From Oscillospiraceae bacterium (GTDB lineage: Bacteria > Bacillota > Clostridia > Oscillospirales > Ruminococcaceae): a stretch of 64,000 nt of DNA. The stretch covers positions 110,281 to 174,280 of the forward strand of contig JAGZUF010000002.1 of the NCBI GenBank assembly GCA_018380115.1, written 5' to 3'. The first letter of the stretch is position 1; every line of letters begins with the position of its first letter. The notes below the pieces were generated by a model. That model saw nothing but the letters and a program-made list of their open reading frames with translations. It was not told the origin of the DNA and did no database searches. Below are positions 35,917 to 45,153 of the stretch, one piece after another. A program made the position numbers and the translations under genes.

Positions 35917-37707
35917 CGCGCACATCCTGCCAGAACCCCTGCCAGCCGTCCACGGCCGTTTTCGGGTTCGGCTTCTGCCCGGCTGGCGCCCCTGTGCCGC
36001 CGGGGGCGGCAGGCGGGTCCGCCTTTGTCACCGTCAGCGTGGCCGCATTCGAATATGCCTCTATGGTTTTCTTCGTCTCTGTGCCGTCCGCGCCGACCTC
36101 TGTGTACGTCAGCGTCACCTTGCAGCGGTACTGTGTGCCGCTTTGGCCCAGCGCCGTGCTGGCCAATGTGTAGGTGCTCTGAAGCCCCACGGCGCCCCAG
36201 CCGTCGTTTTCCGCCAGCGTGCGGGCGGCCTGCGGCTGCTTCACTTCCCAGCTGTAGCCCAGTGTGCCCAGGCCATGTTCTGACACGGCCTGCACCGCAA
36301 AGGACGCGCTCTGTCCCTCTTTCACGGTCATGCTCTGCGGGTGCGCCGTGAGCGTAATGCCCGGCACAGCCATGCCGGATTCATCCTTTTCCTTCACGCC
36401 CAGCGTAAGCTTCGTGATGCCGGAGACGGGGATGTTTGCGCCGAGCGCATACGTCTTGCCGTTGTCCGCTATCCAGATGAGGCTGTCTTTTCCGGGGCTG
36501 TGTTGCTTCCCGCCCACGCAAGGTCTTCATAAGCGGGCCGGTTGATGTTTTCAGCGCCCTCCGCCATCACCACATTCATGGTTTTAACAGGGCCCGCCTC
36601 GCCCTCATAGCCGCCGTCCCGCGTCTTCAGCTTGAACTGGCCCAAATCCAGCGCCACGGCATGCAGGCTGTTCTCCTGCCCCAGCGGCACTTCGAAAACG
36701 GGGCGCAGCCCCATACCGCTTCCATTGCTCGCGAATGGGAAACGACCCTCATAGTCTGTAGATTTATAGGCTGTCTTTTGATCATTCTGATGTTTTCCTT
36801 TTGCCCCCGGGTCTTGCGCCCAAGAACCTGTCCACGCCGGGTTTTTCACATAGCCCCTGCTATTCATTAAAGAATATTCACTATTAGGCAGCCAGTTAAA
36901 TTCGTCTCCTTGAACCCAGGTTGCACCGCATGAAAGCGCCCGTGCCTTATATGTTATGCCGCCCACCTTATAATCCTTGCCGAAAATAAGGCCAGCACTG
37001 TTTGCCTCATTCCAGTTTGGCCCGTCTGTCAGCACATGGTTGCTCAGGAATATCTGGTGCTCATATATACTGCCCAGTTCTTCTGAATCTTCTTGCTGCT
37101 CGCTTACCTTTTGGCTGTCCCCCAGATTTACCGCCTGGTCAGTCAGCACATAGGCATTGATAGTGCCGCTGAAGGTGAAGGGCACCCACTTCAGGCCAGC
37201 GTGGACTTTGTGTTCACGAACTTTATAAGTTGTAAATTTCCCGCCCTCTGTATTATTGTCATCCATGGGGAACCAGTACGTCTGCCCCGCCACGGGCAGG
37301 TTTGTGCTTACCTGCGCGCTGCCGCCGTCGCTGCTGCTTTCCGAACTGCCCGCTGCCTGCGGCTCGGGTGCATCCGCCTCTTCCGCAGGCTGCACGGCCT
37401 CTTTTTCCTGTGCAGGCAAAGACGCCTCTGTTTCCCCCGCCGGGGCAGAGGCTTCTTCAGCCGGGGCCGCCTTGTCTTCCTCCGGCGCGGAGGACTGCGC
37501 CTGTTCCGGCGAAGAGCTGGCCGGGGCGTTTTCCTGTGCCGGGGCGCTGCCCGCGCCTTCTGCGGCCTGTGACGGGGACAGCGCCGCATCCGCAGGCTCC
37601 TCTGCATACATGGGCACCGCCGTGCACAGCGTCAGTGCCGCCAGCGCACCCGCCAGCAGGCGGCGCCATACCCTGCCGCACACGCGGCTTTCCGTTTGCT
37701 GTTTCAT
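35900..37707 (-). pseudogene. Secreted protein gene (signal peptide, Ala/Glu/Pro/Ser-rich linker, unknown domain, C-terminal Ig-like/Big_2-like domain) interrupted by a frameshift near 36470-36500
   Basis: ORFs 36469..37707 and 35900..36517 overlap in different frames across GGGCGGGAAGCAACACAGCCCCGGAAAAGACAGCC. The domain continues across the junction. RBS GGAAGGAGAAAC before 37707. Confidence 0.55.
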
Positions 37708-37908
37708 TGCTGCGTTTCTCCTTCCCTGTTTCCACAAAGTGAATTCTTGCGGCATGCCGCAAGAAGAAAAAGGGGCCCCTTTTTGGGCAAAGCCCAAACA
37801 CAGAAAAGGCCTTCTTTTTTCTTATTCTAGCAAAGGGAACTATTTCCTGTCAAGAACCATTCTTAATTTGCGCGCACAAAATTTTGCGGGCGCACAGGCG
37901 GCAGGCGC

Positions 37909-38277
37909 TTACTTTTCGCAGATATGCTCCAGCGCCTTTTCCAGAATATCCTTCACATGGGCATCGTTCAGGGAATAATATACGTTTTTGCCCTCCTTGC
38001 GCGAACGGATAAGCTTTGCCGTGCGCAGCGCGCGAAGCTGGTGCGACACGGCGCTGGTGGTCATATTCAGCAGGGCGGCCAAATCGCCCACGCACAATTC
38101 GCCCTGCTCCAGCGCCCAAAGAAGCTGGATGCGCGTGCCATCACCCATCACCTTGAAAAAATCCGACAGGTCGTACAGCACAGACGTATCCGGCATGCTG
38201 GGGCGCACAGCCGCCAGCCTCTGCTTTTGCCCACAGGCACGTTTTTCCGCGTTTTCCATTGATTCAGGCGCCCCCAT
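37909..38277 (-). CDS. ArsR/SmtB-family metalloregulatory repressor
   Basis: wHTH with alpha3 ELCVGDL and alpha5 metal-site residues. Own promoter TTGCAT-N17-TATACT at about 38345-38375 (minus strand). Confidence 0.85.
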   Translation of the reverse strand: MGAPESMENAEKRACGQKQRLAAVRPSMPDTSVLYDLSDFFKVMGDGTRIQLLWALEQGELCVGDLAALLNMTTSAVSHQLRALRTAKLIRSRKEGKNVYYSLNDAHVKDILEKALEHICEK

Positions 38278-38398
38278 TCCGCTTTTTCGGCCAAGCAAAC
38301 ACACAGCGCGGCCCTGCTGCCGCTGTGCACAAAACCGCGTGTTTTTCTTAGTATAAGCCTTTTTTGCGGGAAATGCAAAATTTTTTCTGAAATATATT

Positions 38399-38427
38399 GA
38401 CATTTGAGCAATTGTTCAACTATAATA
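38399..38427 (+). promoter_or_regulatory. Canonical sigma70 promoter TTGACA-N17/18-TATAAT with an overlapping 12/14 inverted repeat TGAGCAATTGTTCA (candidate ArsR/SmtB operator)
   Basis: Read directly: TTGACATTTGAGCAATTGTTCAACTATAAT. Confidence 0.6.
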
Positions 38428-38480
38428 ACAGCAGAACGAACCGCGGCCCGCCTGCGGCGATATAAAAGGAGGAACCCCGC

Positions 38481-38699
38481 ATGAAAAAAACATTTAAGCT
38501 GGACGAAATCGACTGCGCAAACTGCGCGCTGAAGCTGGAGGAGGCCCTGCGCAGGGTGGACGGCGTGCAGGAGGTAAAGGTGAACTTTCTTTCCCAGAAG
38601 CTGACGCTTACCGCCTCGGACGACGCCTTTGACGCCGTGCTGAAGCAGGTGGTGAAAACCGCCCGCAAGGTAGAGCCGGACTGCGAGATTATCTTGTAA
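38481..38699 (+). CDS. Stand-alone heavy-metal-associated (HMA) domain protein, CadA-N-terminus-like (DCANCA motif)
   Basis: 72 aa, ferredoxin-like HMA fold with CANC metal-binding motif. RBS AAAAGGAGGAA. Confidence 0.85.
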   Translation: MKKTFKLDEIDCANCALKLEEALRRVDGVQEVKVNFLSQKLTLTASDDAFDAVLKQVVKTARKVEPDCEIIL

Positions 38700-38761
38700 A
38701 ACACGCCGGGCGGCGGGCGCGCCGCACAAAGCATTTTTTAAGAGGAAAGGGGCTTTTTCCC

Positions 38762-40615
38762 ATGAGCAGAAAGCAGAAGAGAGGGCTTGCCCGCATTGGT
38801 GCGGGCGCCGTGCTGCTGGCGGCGGCATGGCTGCTGCCGCTGGAGGGGTGGGCCTCGCTGGCGGCCTTCGCCGTGCCCTATGCCGTGGTGGGCTGGGATG
38901 TGCTGTGGAAGGCCGTGCGCAACATTCTGCACGGGCAGGTGTTCGACGAAAACTTTTTGATGGCGCTGGCCACCGTGGGCGCGTTTGCCACGGGCGAATA
39001 TTCAGAGGGCGTGGCGGTTATGCTGTTCTACCAGATAGGCGAATGGTTTCAGCGCTATGCGGTGGGGCGCTCGCGCAAGTCTATTACAGCGCTGATGGAT
39101 ATCCGGCCGGACCACGCCAACCTTGTGGGGCCGGACGGCACCGCGCAGGAGGTAGACCCTGATGAAGTAAGCGTGGGCAGCACCATTCTGGTAAAGCCGG
39201 GCGAGCGTGTGCCGCTGGACGGCACCGTGCTGGACGGCGACAGCATGCTGGACACAGCGGCCCTCACCGGTGAAAGCGTGCCGCGCCACGCGGCGGCGGG
39301 TGACGCCGTCGTCAGCGGCTGCATCAACGGCAGCGGGCTTCTGCGCGTGCGGGTAGATAAGCCGTACGGTGAATCTACCGTGGCCAAAATTCTGGACCTT
39401 GTGGAAAACGCAGGCGAGAAAAAGGCCAAGGCAGAAAACTTTATCACAAAATTTTCCCGCTGGTACACCCCTGCCGTGGTGATAGCGGCGCTGGCGCTGG
39501 CCGTGCTGCCCCCGCTTGTGCTAGGCGGCGGCTGGGCCGGCTGGGTGCACCGCGCGCTTATCTTCCTTGTCATCAGCTGCCCGTGCGCGCTTGTCATCAG
39601 CGTGCCGCTGTCTTTCTTCGGGGGCATCGGCGGGGCCTCCCGGCGCGGCATTCTGGTGAAGGGCGGCGCGTATATGGAGGTGCTGGCCAATACCGGCACT
39701 GTGGTGTTCGACAAAACGGGCACGCTGACAAAGGGCGTGTTCAGCGTGACGGCCGTGCACCCGCATGAAATAGACAAAGCGCAGCTTGTAGAGCTGGCCG
39801 CACTGGCCGAAAGCTATTCCACGCACCCCATTGCGGCCTCGCTGCGCACGGCCTACGGCCAGGCGCCCGACACCGCGCGCGTGGCAGATTATGAAGAGCT
39901 CTCCGGCCGGGGAGTGCGCGCCAAAGTGGACGGCCGCACCGTATGCGTGGGCAACGGCAGGCTGATGGACGAGGCCGGTGCCGAATGGCACGAATGCCAC
40001 CTGACGGGCACGGTGGCGCATGTGGCGGTGGACGGCCGCTATGCCGGGCACATTGTCATTTCCGACGAGGTGAAGCCGGACGCCGCCGCAGCCATTGCCG
40101 CGCTGAAGGCGGCAGGCGTGCACAAGACGGTGATGCTGACGGGCGACGCCAAAGAGGTGGGCGAAGCCGTGGCAAAGCAGCTTGGCATAGACGAGGCGCA
40201 CACACAGCTTCTGCCCGCCGGCAAGGTGGAGCATATGGAACAGCTGCTGGCAGGCCAGCCGAAGGGCGAGGCACTTGCCTTTGTGGGTGACGGCGTGAAC
40301 GACGCCCCGGTTCTGGCCCGCGCCGATGTGGGCATCGCCATGGGCGGCATCGGCTCTGACGCAGCCATAGAGGCCGCCGACGTGGTGCTGATGGACGACA
40401 AGCCCTCGAAGCTGGCCGAGGCCGTGCGCATCTCGCGGCGCACCCTGCGCATTGTGCATCAGAACATCGTGTTCGCGCTGGCAGTGAAGGCGCTGGTGCT
40501 GGTGCTGGGCGCGCTGGGCATGGCTAATATGTGGGAGGCCGTGTTTGCAGACGTGGGCGTGATGGTGCTTGCCATTCTGAACGCCATGCGCGCGCTGAAG
40601 GCGCCGCGGGAATAG
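38762..40615 (+). CDS. P1B-type heavy-metal translocating ATPase (CPC motif; Cd/Zn/Pb-type likely) lacking its own N-terminal HMA domain
   Basis: TM CPC (SCPCALVISVP), DKTGTLT, HP (SYSTHPIAAS), GDGVNDAP; 617 aa. Confidence 0.95.
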   Translation: MSRKQKRGLARIGAGAVLLAAAWLLPLEGWASLAAFAVPYAVVGWDVLWKAVRNILHGQVFDENFLMALATVGAFATGEYSEGVAVMLFYQIGEWFQRYAVGRSRKSITALMDIRPDHANLVGPDGTAQEVDPDEVSVGSTILVKPGERVPLDGTVLDGDSMLDTAALTGESVPRHAAAGDAVVSGCINGSGLLRVRVDKPYGESTVAKILDLVENAGEKKAKAENFITKFSRWYTPAVVIAALALAVLPPLVLGGGWAGWVHRALIFLVISCPCALVISVPLSFFGGIGGASRRGILVKGGAYMEVLANTGTVVFDKTGTLTKGVFSVTAVHPHEIDKAQLVELAALAESYSTHPIAASLRTAYGQAPDTARVADYEELSGRGVRAKVDGRTVCVGNGRLMDEAGAEWHECHLTGTVAHVAVDGRYAGHIVISDEVKPDAAAAIAALKAAGVHKTVMLTGDAKEVGEAVAKQLGIDEAHTQLLPAGKVEHMEQLLAGQPKGEALAFVGDGVNDAPVLARADVGIAMGGIGSDAAIEAADVVLMDDKPSKLAEAVRISRRTLRIVHQNIVFALAVKALVLVLGALGMANMWEAVFADVGVMVLAILNAMRALKAPRE

Positions 40616-40644
40616 CACCTCCGGCGCATATTCAAAGTCAGGCC

Positions 40645-41195
40645 CCCGGCAAAGCCGGGGGCTTGCGTATGCTCTTCCAGGGCATACGCAAGCCTTTCAA
40701 GAGGCACTGAATGCTCTGTCTTTTGCATCACTTGCCCCGCCTCCCGCAAACGGGGTTCCTCCCGCTGCGTGCTGCCTCTTTTTGGGATTGAATGCCATCC
40801 CGCTTCGCCCGGAACTGACAGCGAAAACCTTTTTACTCTCCCCGGCACAGCCGCGGGGTGGCGTTTTGCTAAAACAAATAAAACAGGCAGGCGGCCTGCG
40901 GGTTCCCCCGCAGGCCGCCTGTTCTGTGTTTCGTTATATGCTTTGACGATATCCCCCCTGCTGGGGCGGGGAAAAGCTTCCGCCTCAAACAGCGGGCGAA
41001 GCGGGGAATGGAAAGCGGCCTCGCGGCCAGTAAAAAAGGCCTTCTGAAAAAGCAGTGCCCGTTTACGGGCTGCCGTGCAGGTGATGCAGGGGGCGGGTTC
41101 TATTCCATGCCTTCTGAGGGGCCTGCCGGCACAAAGCGGCACTTTCAGAGCTTGCGCACGCCCCGGCTTTGCCGGGGGACATGGTTAAAAAAGCC
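40645..41195. repeat. Copy B of the ~260-bp module family arranged as a ~550-bp long imperfect palindrome (left arm 40645-40887, central perfect hairpin 40888-40925, inverted right arm 40926-41195)
   Basis: Left arm homologous to 5823-6082 and 50221-50480. The reverse complement of the right arm aligns to the left arm (CCCCCGGCAAAGCCGGGG, CCCGTAAACGGG, CCCGCTTCGCCC blocks). Central hairpin ACAGGCGGCCTGCGGG-ttcc-CCCGCAGGCCGCCTGT with T-runs on both strands. Confidence 0.6.
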
Positions 41196-41562
41196 GCCGG
41201 ATGTGCGCCGCAAGAGGCTTCGGCCTCCCGCGCCGGGCAAAGCCGTCTGCGGGCAGCGCCTCTCAGGAACAAAAGCTCTGCTGCCGGAACGGCCCTTTCC
41301 TCCCCTGTTTTCGGGCCGCAGGCAGGCTGAACCCTTCTGCGGCCCGCGACGCGTGCCGGCAATGCGCCAAGCGCCCTCCACACCGTATAACTGCCGCCGC
41401 TGCCTGCCCAGGGGCCGAAGCAGAGGCCGGGGCCCCGGCATGGCCGGCGCAGAAAAGAGGGCTTTCCAGCCTATTGTGTGTTTGCCCAGGCCAGATGCGC
41501 TGCGCCAGGCTGCCCGGCGCGCGCCCTATTAAGGTGAAAGGAGCCTGCGCGCCGCACGGCCG

Positions 41563-42429
41563 TCACCCCAGCATGGGCTTCAGCAGAAGGAAGTAAACCA
41601 GCACCACGGCGCCCAGCACGATGCGGTACCACCCGAACACCTTGAAATCGTGCCGCTTCACATAGTTCATCAAAAAGCGGATGGCCAGCATGCTCACCAG
41701 AAAAGCCGTCAGCATGCCCACGCCCAGCACGGCCAGCTCGGCAGCAGAGAAGGAAAGGCCGAATTTCAAAAGCTTGATAAGGCTGGCGCCCGCCATGACA
41801 GGAATGGCAAGAAAGAAGGTGAACTCTGCCGCCAGCGTGCGCGAGCAGCCCAGCAGGATGCCGCCCAGAATAGTGGCGCCGGAGCGGGACGTGCCCGGCA
41901 CGAGGCTGAGCACTTGAAACATGCCGATGCCGAACGCGGCCGCCCAGCTGAGGCTTTCCACCGTGGCCATTTTCACCCGGCGCGGGTTCGATTCCACCAC
42001 AATGAACAGCACGCCGTACAGAATGAGCATGGCGGCCACCACGGGCGGGTTGTGCAGGTGCTCGGTCATCCAGTCGTCCAGCGGAAGGCCTATAACCATG
42101 GCGGGCAGAACGGCTACCAGCACCTTGAACCACATCACCCATACGTCCTGCCTGCAATAGCGGCGCACAAGGTAGTGCCCTGCGCCCTCGCCGTTGTGGC
42201 GCACGGCCCTGCGGTTGCAGAAGGGCCAAAGCTGGCCCCAGAACAGCACCACCACCGCCAGAATGGCCCCGAACTGTATGACCACGTCGAACATTTCCTT
42301 GAAGGCGTCCGACATGCCCAGCGAGATGAACTCATCCGCCAGAATGAGGTGCCCCGTGCTGGAGATGGGCAGCCATTCCGTAATGCCCTCCACAATGCCC
42401 AGAATGGCCGCTTTCAACAAATCTAGCAT
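41563..42429 (-). CDS. uppP: Undecaprenyl-diphosphate phosphatase
   Basis: BacA/UppP blocks EWLPISSTGHL and GTSRSGATI. GGAGG RBS before the ATG at 42429. Confidence 0.9.
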   Translation of the reverse strand: MLDLLKAAILGIVEGITEWLPISSTGHLILADEFISLGMSDAFKEMFDVVIQFGAILAVVVLFWGQLWPFCNRRAVRHNGEGAGHYLVRRYCRQDVWVMWFKVLVAVLPAMVIGLPLDDWMTEHLHNPPVVAAMLILYGVLFIVVESNPRRVKMATVESLSWAAAFGIGMFQVLSLVPGTSRSGATILGGILLGCSRTLAAEFTFFLAIPVMAGASLIKLLKFGLSFSAAELAVLGVGMLTAFLVSMLAIRFLMNYVKRHDFKVFGWYRIVLGAVVLVYFLLLKPMLG

Positions 42430-42498
42430 AATAGAAAAACCTCCGTTTTTTGGGCGCCCGCGCACAGGGCGGGACGCGCCGCCTGCCGCGCCCGGATG

Positions 42499-43260
42499 TT
42501 ACAGGCCGCGCAAAAGCACGCCCACCGGGCAATGGTCCGAGCCAAGCACATCGGAATATATCATGGCGTCCTCAAGCTGCGGCATAAGCCGCTCGGAGAC
42601 CACGAAATAGTCAATGCGCCAGCCCGCGTTCGTATCCCGCGCGCGGCGGAAATAGCTCCACCAAGTATATGCGCCCGTCTTATCCGGATATTTCCGGCGG
42701 AAGGTGTCGGCAAAGCCGCTTTCCAAAAGCTGGGTGAATTTGCCGCGCTCTTCATCGGAAAAGCCGGCCGAGCCGCGGTTCGGCCCGGGGTTTTTCAAAT
42801 CAATGGGCTGATGGGCCACGTTCAGGTCGCCGCAGTACACCACAGGCTTTTGTGCGTCCAGCCCCAGCAGGTATGCGCGCAGCGCGTCCTCCCACTGCAT
42901 GCGGTATTCAATGCGGCGCAGGCCGTCCTGGCTGTTGGGCGTATAGACGTTCACAAGGTAAAAACTGTCGAATTCCAGCGTGATGGCGCGGCCCTCGTGG
43001 CTGTGCTCTTCGGCGCCGATGCCATAGCGGACAGCCAGAGGCGCGCGCCGTGTGAACACCGCGGTGCCGGAATAGCCCTTCTTCTCCGCTGAATACCAGT
43101 ATTGCTCATAGCCGGGCGCCTCAAACTGCGCCTGGCCGGGCTGCATTTTGGTTTCCTGAATGCAGAACACGTCTGCGTCCAGCGCACGGAACGTCTCTTC
43201 AAAGCCCTTATTCAGCACGGCGCGGAAACCGTTTACATTCCATGAAATAAGCTTCACAGC
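42499..43260 (-). CDS. xth: Exodeoxyribonuclease III (AP endonuclease, EEP family)
   Basis: KLISWNVNG…FCIQETK…GDLNVAH…SDHCPV. GTG start with a GGAGGG RBS. The longer ORF-track N-terminus is unsupported. Confidence 0.9.
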   Translation of the reverse strand, partial: AVKLISWNVNGFRAVLNKGFEETFRALDADVFCIQETKMQPGQAQFEAPGYEQYWYSAEKKGYSGTAVFTRRAPLAVRYGIGAEEHSHEGRAITLEFDSFYLVNVYTPNSQDGLRRIEYRMQWEDALRAYLLGLDAQKPVVYCGDLNVAHQPIDLKNPGPNRGSAGFSDEERGKFTQLLESGFADTFRRKYPDKTGAYTWWSYFRRARDTNAGWRIDYFVVSERLMPQLEDAMIYSDVLGSDHCPVGVLLRGL

Positions 43261-43329
43261 CTCTGCCCTCCTTTTATGCTTCTGCGCGGCACGGCATGCG
43301 CCGCTTTTCTTACCCGGAAAGGATGCGGC

Positions 43330-43500
43330 ACGTATTTCACCAAGTTCACGCCATGCCTTTGCGCATGCGCCCTTCCACATCTGCGGAGCCCCTACTGTCT
43401 CTTTGGGGCCGTGCTTTCACAGGCGCGGCGCATGCTTCACCAGACTCACACCGTGCCTTCGCGCATGCGCGCCAAGCGGGCACATCACACCACATTCACA
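43330..43500. promoter_or_regulatory. Pair of about 37-bp direct repeats (TTCACCAAGTTCACGCCATGCCTTTGCGCATGCGCCC / TTCACCAGACTCACACCGTGCCTTCGCGCATGCGCGCC) in the divergent xth / lipoprotein intergenic region
   Basis: Seen directly; about 80% identical, about 100 bp apart. Confidence 0.3.
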
Positions 43501-43792
43501 AAACCCGCCCTTTGCCTTTCGGCCCGGCCTTGTTAAGGGTGCGGCAGCTGTTCCGCCAGGCTTATCCTTCGCCTGCGCCTGAATTTACCAGGCGGACAAC
43601 ATTATACCATAAAAGCGGCGCGGAGGAAAGCTGTGCAAAGCGGCGCATTTGTAACTCTTTTGCAAACAGATTTTCGCAGGTCTGATACAATTTGTTCGCA
43701 GAATGTTCAAATATTACCTGTATGATAGCACATGTGCTGTTGAGAGGGATTTTTTCGCAGCACATCATTGGAGAAAAAGGAGTGTTTTGATT

Positions 43793-44050
43793 ATGAAAAA
43801 GATGTTAGCCGTTCTGACGGCCGCCTGTGTTCTGGCGCTGGGCCTTGTCGCCTGCAGCTCTGAGCCTGCTTCTACGGGCAGCAGCGCGCCTGCTTCCACG
43901 CCTTCCAGCGTGGCCAGCACCAGCGAGCCCGCTTCCACCTCTGCCAGCGAGCCCGCCAGCACGTCTGAAAGCGAGCCCGCCTCTGCTTCCACCAGCGAGT
44001 CTGCCTCTGCTTCTGACGCCGGTGCAAGCTCTGTGTCTGAGGCTGAATAA
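43793..44050 (+). CDS. Small lipoprotein (85 aa) composed almost entirely of SEPAST low-complexity repeats
   Basis: Signal peptide plus lipobox LVAC. Mature part is (SEPASTS)n-like. RBS AAAAAGGAG. Confidence 0.55.
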   Translation: MKKMLAVLTAACVLALGLVACSSEPASTGSSAPASTPSSVASTSEPASTSASEPASTSESEPASASTSESASASDAGASSVSEAE

Positions 44051-44074
44051 GCAGGCAGATACGGCAATAGCCAA

Positions 44075-44125
44075 AAAGCCCGCGGGGCGCGCCAAACTCG
44101 GCGCCCCTGCGGGCTTTTCTTTTGT
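44075..44125. terminator. Bidirectional terminator
   Basis: AGCCCGCGGGGCGC…GCGCCCCTGCGGGCT hairpin followed by TTTTCTTTTG. Confidence 0.55.
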
Positions 44126-44175
44126 ACTGCCCAGCCCCGGCCGCGAAGCGGCGCCCGGCGCAAAGGGCCCGGCCC

Positions 44176-44979
44176 TCAGCCAAGGGCCACGTCCATCACC
44201 ATCATAATGACAAAGCCCGCCAGCACACCCCATGTGCCAGAGTGGGAGTGCTCGCCCAGATTTGCCTCCGGGATAAGCTCTTCCACCACCACATAAATCA
44301 TAGCACCTGCTGCAAAGCTCAAAAACCACGGCATCAGCGGCTGCACGCCGCCCGCCACCAGCACGGCAAGCACACCGCCGATGGGCTCTACAATGCCGGA
44401 GAGCGCGCCGTATACGAAGCTGCGCGTGCGGGAAAGCCCCTCCCGGCGCAGGGGCAGGCTGATAGCGGCGCCCTCGGGGAAGTTCTGCAGGCCGATGCCC
44501 AGCGCAAGCGCAAGGGCCGAGGCAGCCGTCACCGCGCCTCCGGGCACACTTTCTGCAGAGGCCGCCAGGGCGCACGCAAGGCCCACGGCCATGCCCTCCG
44601 GGATATTGTGCAGCGTCACGGCCAGCACCAAAAGTGTGGTGCGCTTCAGCGGCGTGTGCGGGCCCTCGGGCTCTTTTGAGCCGGGGTGCAGATGCGGCAT
44701 CACTGCATCCAGCGCCAGGAGAAACACCGCGCCCAGCAGAAAGCCGCCTGCCGCCGGCACCCAGCCGGGCAGTCCGCCGGCCTCTTCGGCCATCTCTATG
44801 GCGGGTATCAAAAGGCTCCATACGCTGGCCGCCACCATCACCCCGGCGGCAAAGCCCAGAAACACCCGCTGAAAGGCGTGGTTAATCTCTTTTCTGAAAA
44901 AGAACACCACGCTGGCGCCCGCCGCCGTCATCAGAAAGGTAAAGCCCGTACCCAGGGCCGCCATACTCAATGCGTTCAT
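44176..44979 (-). CDS. zupT: ZIP-family zinc transporter
   Basis: Eight TM helices; HNIPEGMAVG and HNFPEG metal-binding motifs. RBS GGGAGAG before 44979. Confidence 0.85.
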   Translation of the reverse strand: MNALSMAALGTGFTFLMTAAGASVVFFFRKEINHAFQRVFLGFAAGVMVAASVWSLLIPAIEMAEEAGGLPGWVPAAGGFLLGAVFLLALDAVMPHLHPGSKEPEGPHTPLKRTTLLVLAVTLHNIPEGMAVGLACALAASAESVPGGAVTAASALALALGIGLQNFPEGAAISLPLRREGLSRTRSFVYGALSGIVEPIGGVLAVLVAGGVQPLMPWFLSFAAGAMIYVVVEELIPEANLGEHSHSGTWGVLAGFVIMMVMDVALG

Positions 44980-45153
44980 ACCATCTCTCCCTTTTGCCGG
45001 CGCACGCACGCAAGCCCGGCAGATTCTCCGGCGCCTGCACGCCGTGCGGCCGCCTGCACCCCTCTGTTCTTATCATATCACATCTGCGCAAAACATGTGA
45101 AGCCTGCGCGAAAAAAGAAAAACCGGGGGCACGCTGTGCCCCCGGAAACGGTG

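Noticed and set aside
38762-40615. Assigning Cu versus Cd/Zn specificity to the P1B ATPase
   Set aside because: The CPC motif and a CANC-type partner HMA favour Cd/Zn/Pb. Without aligning TM6-8 signature residues I cannot decide, so I left it generic.
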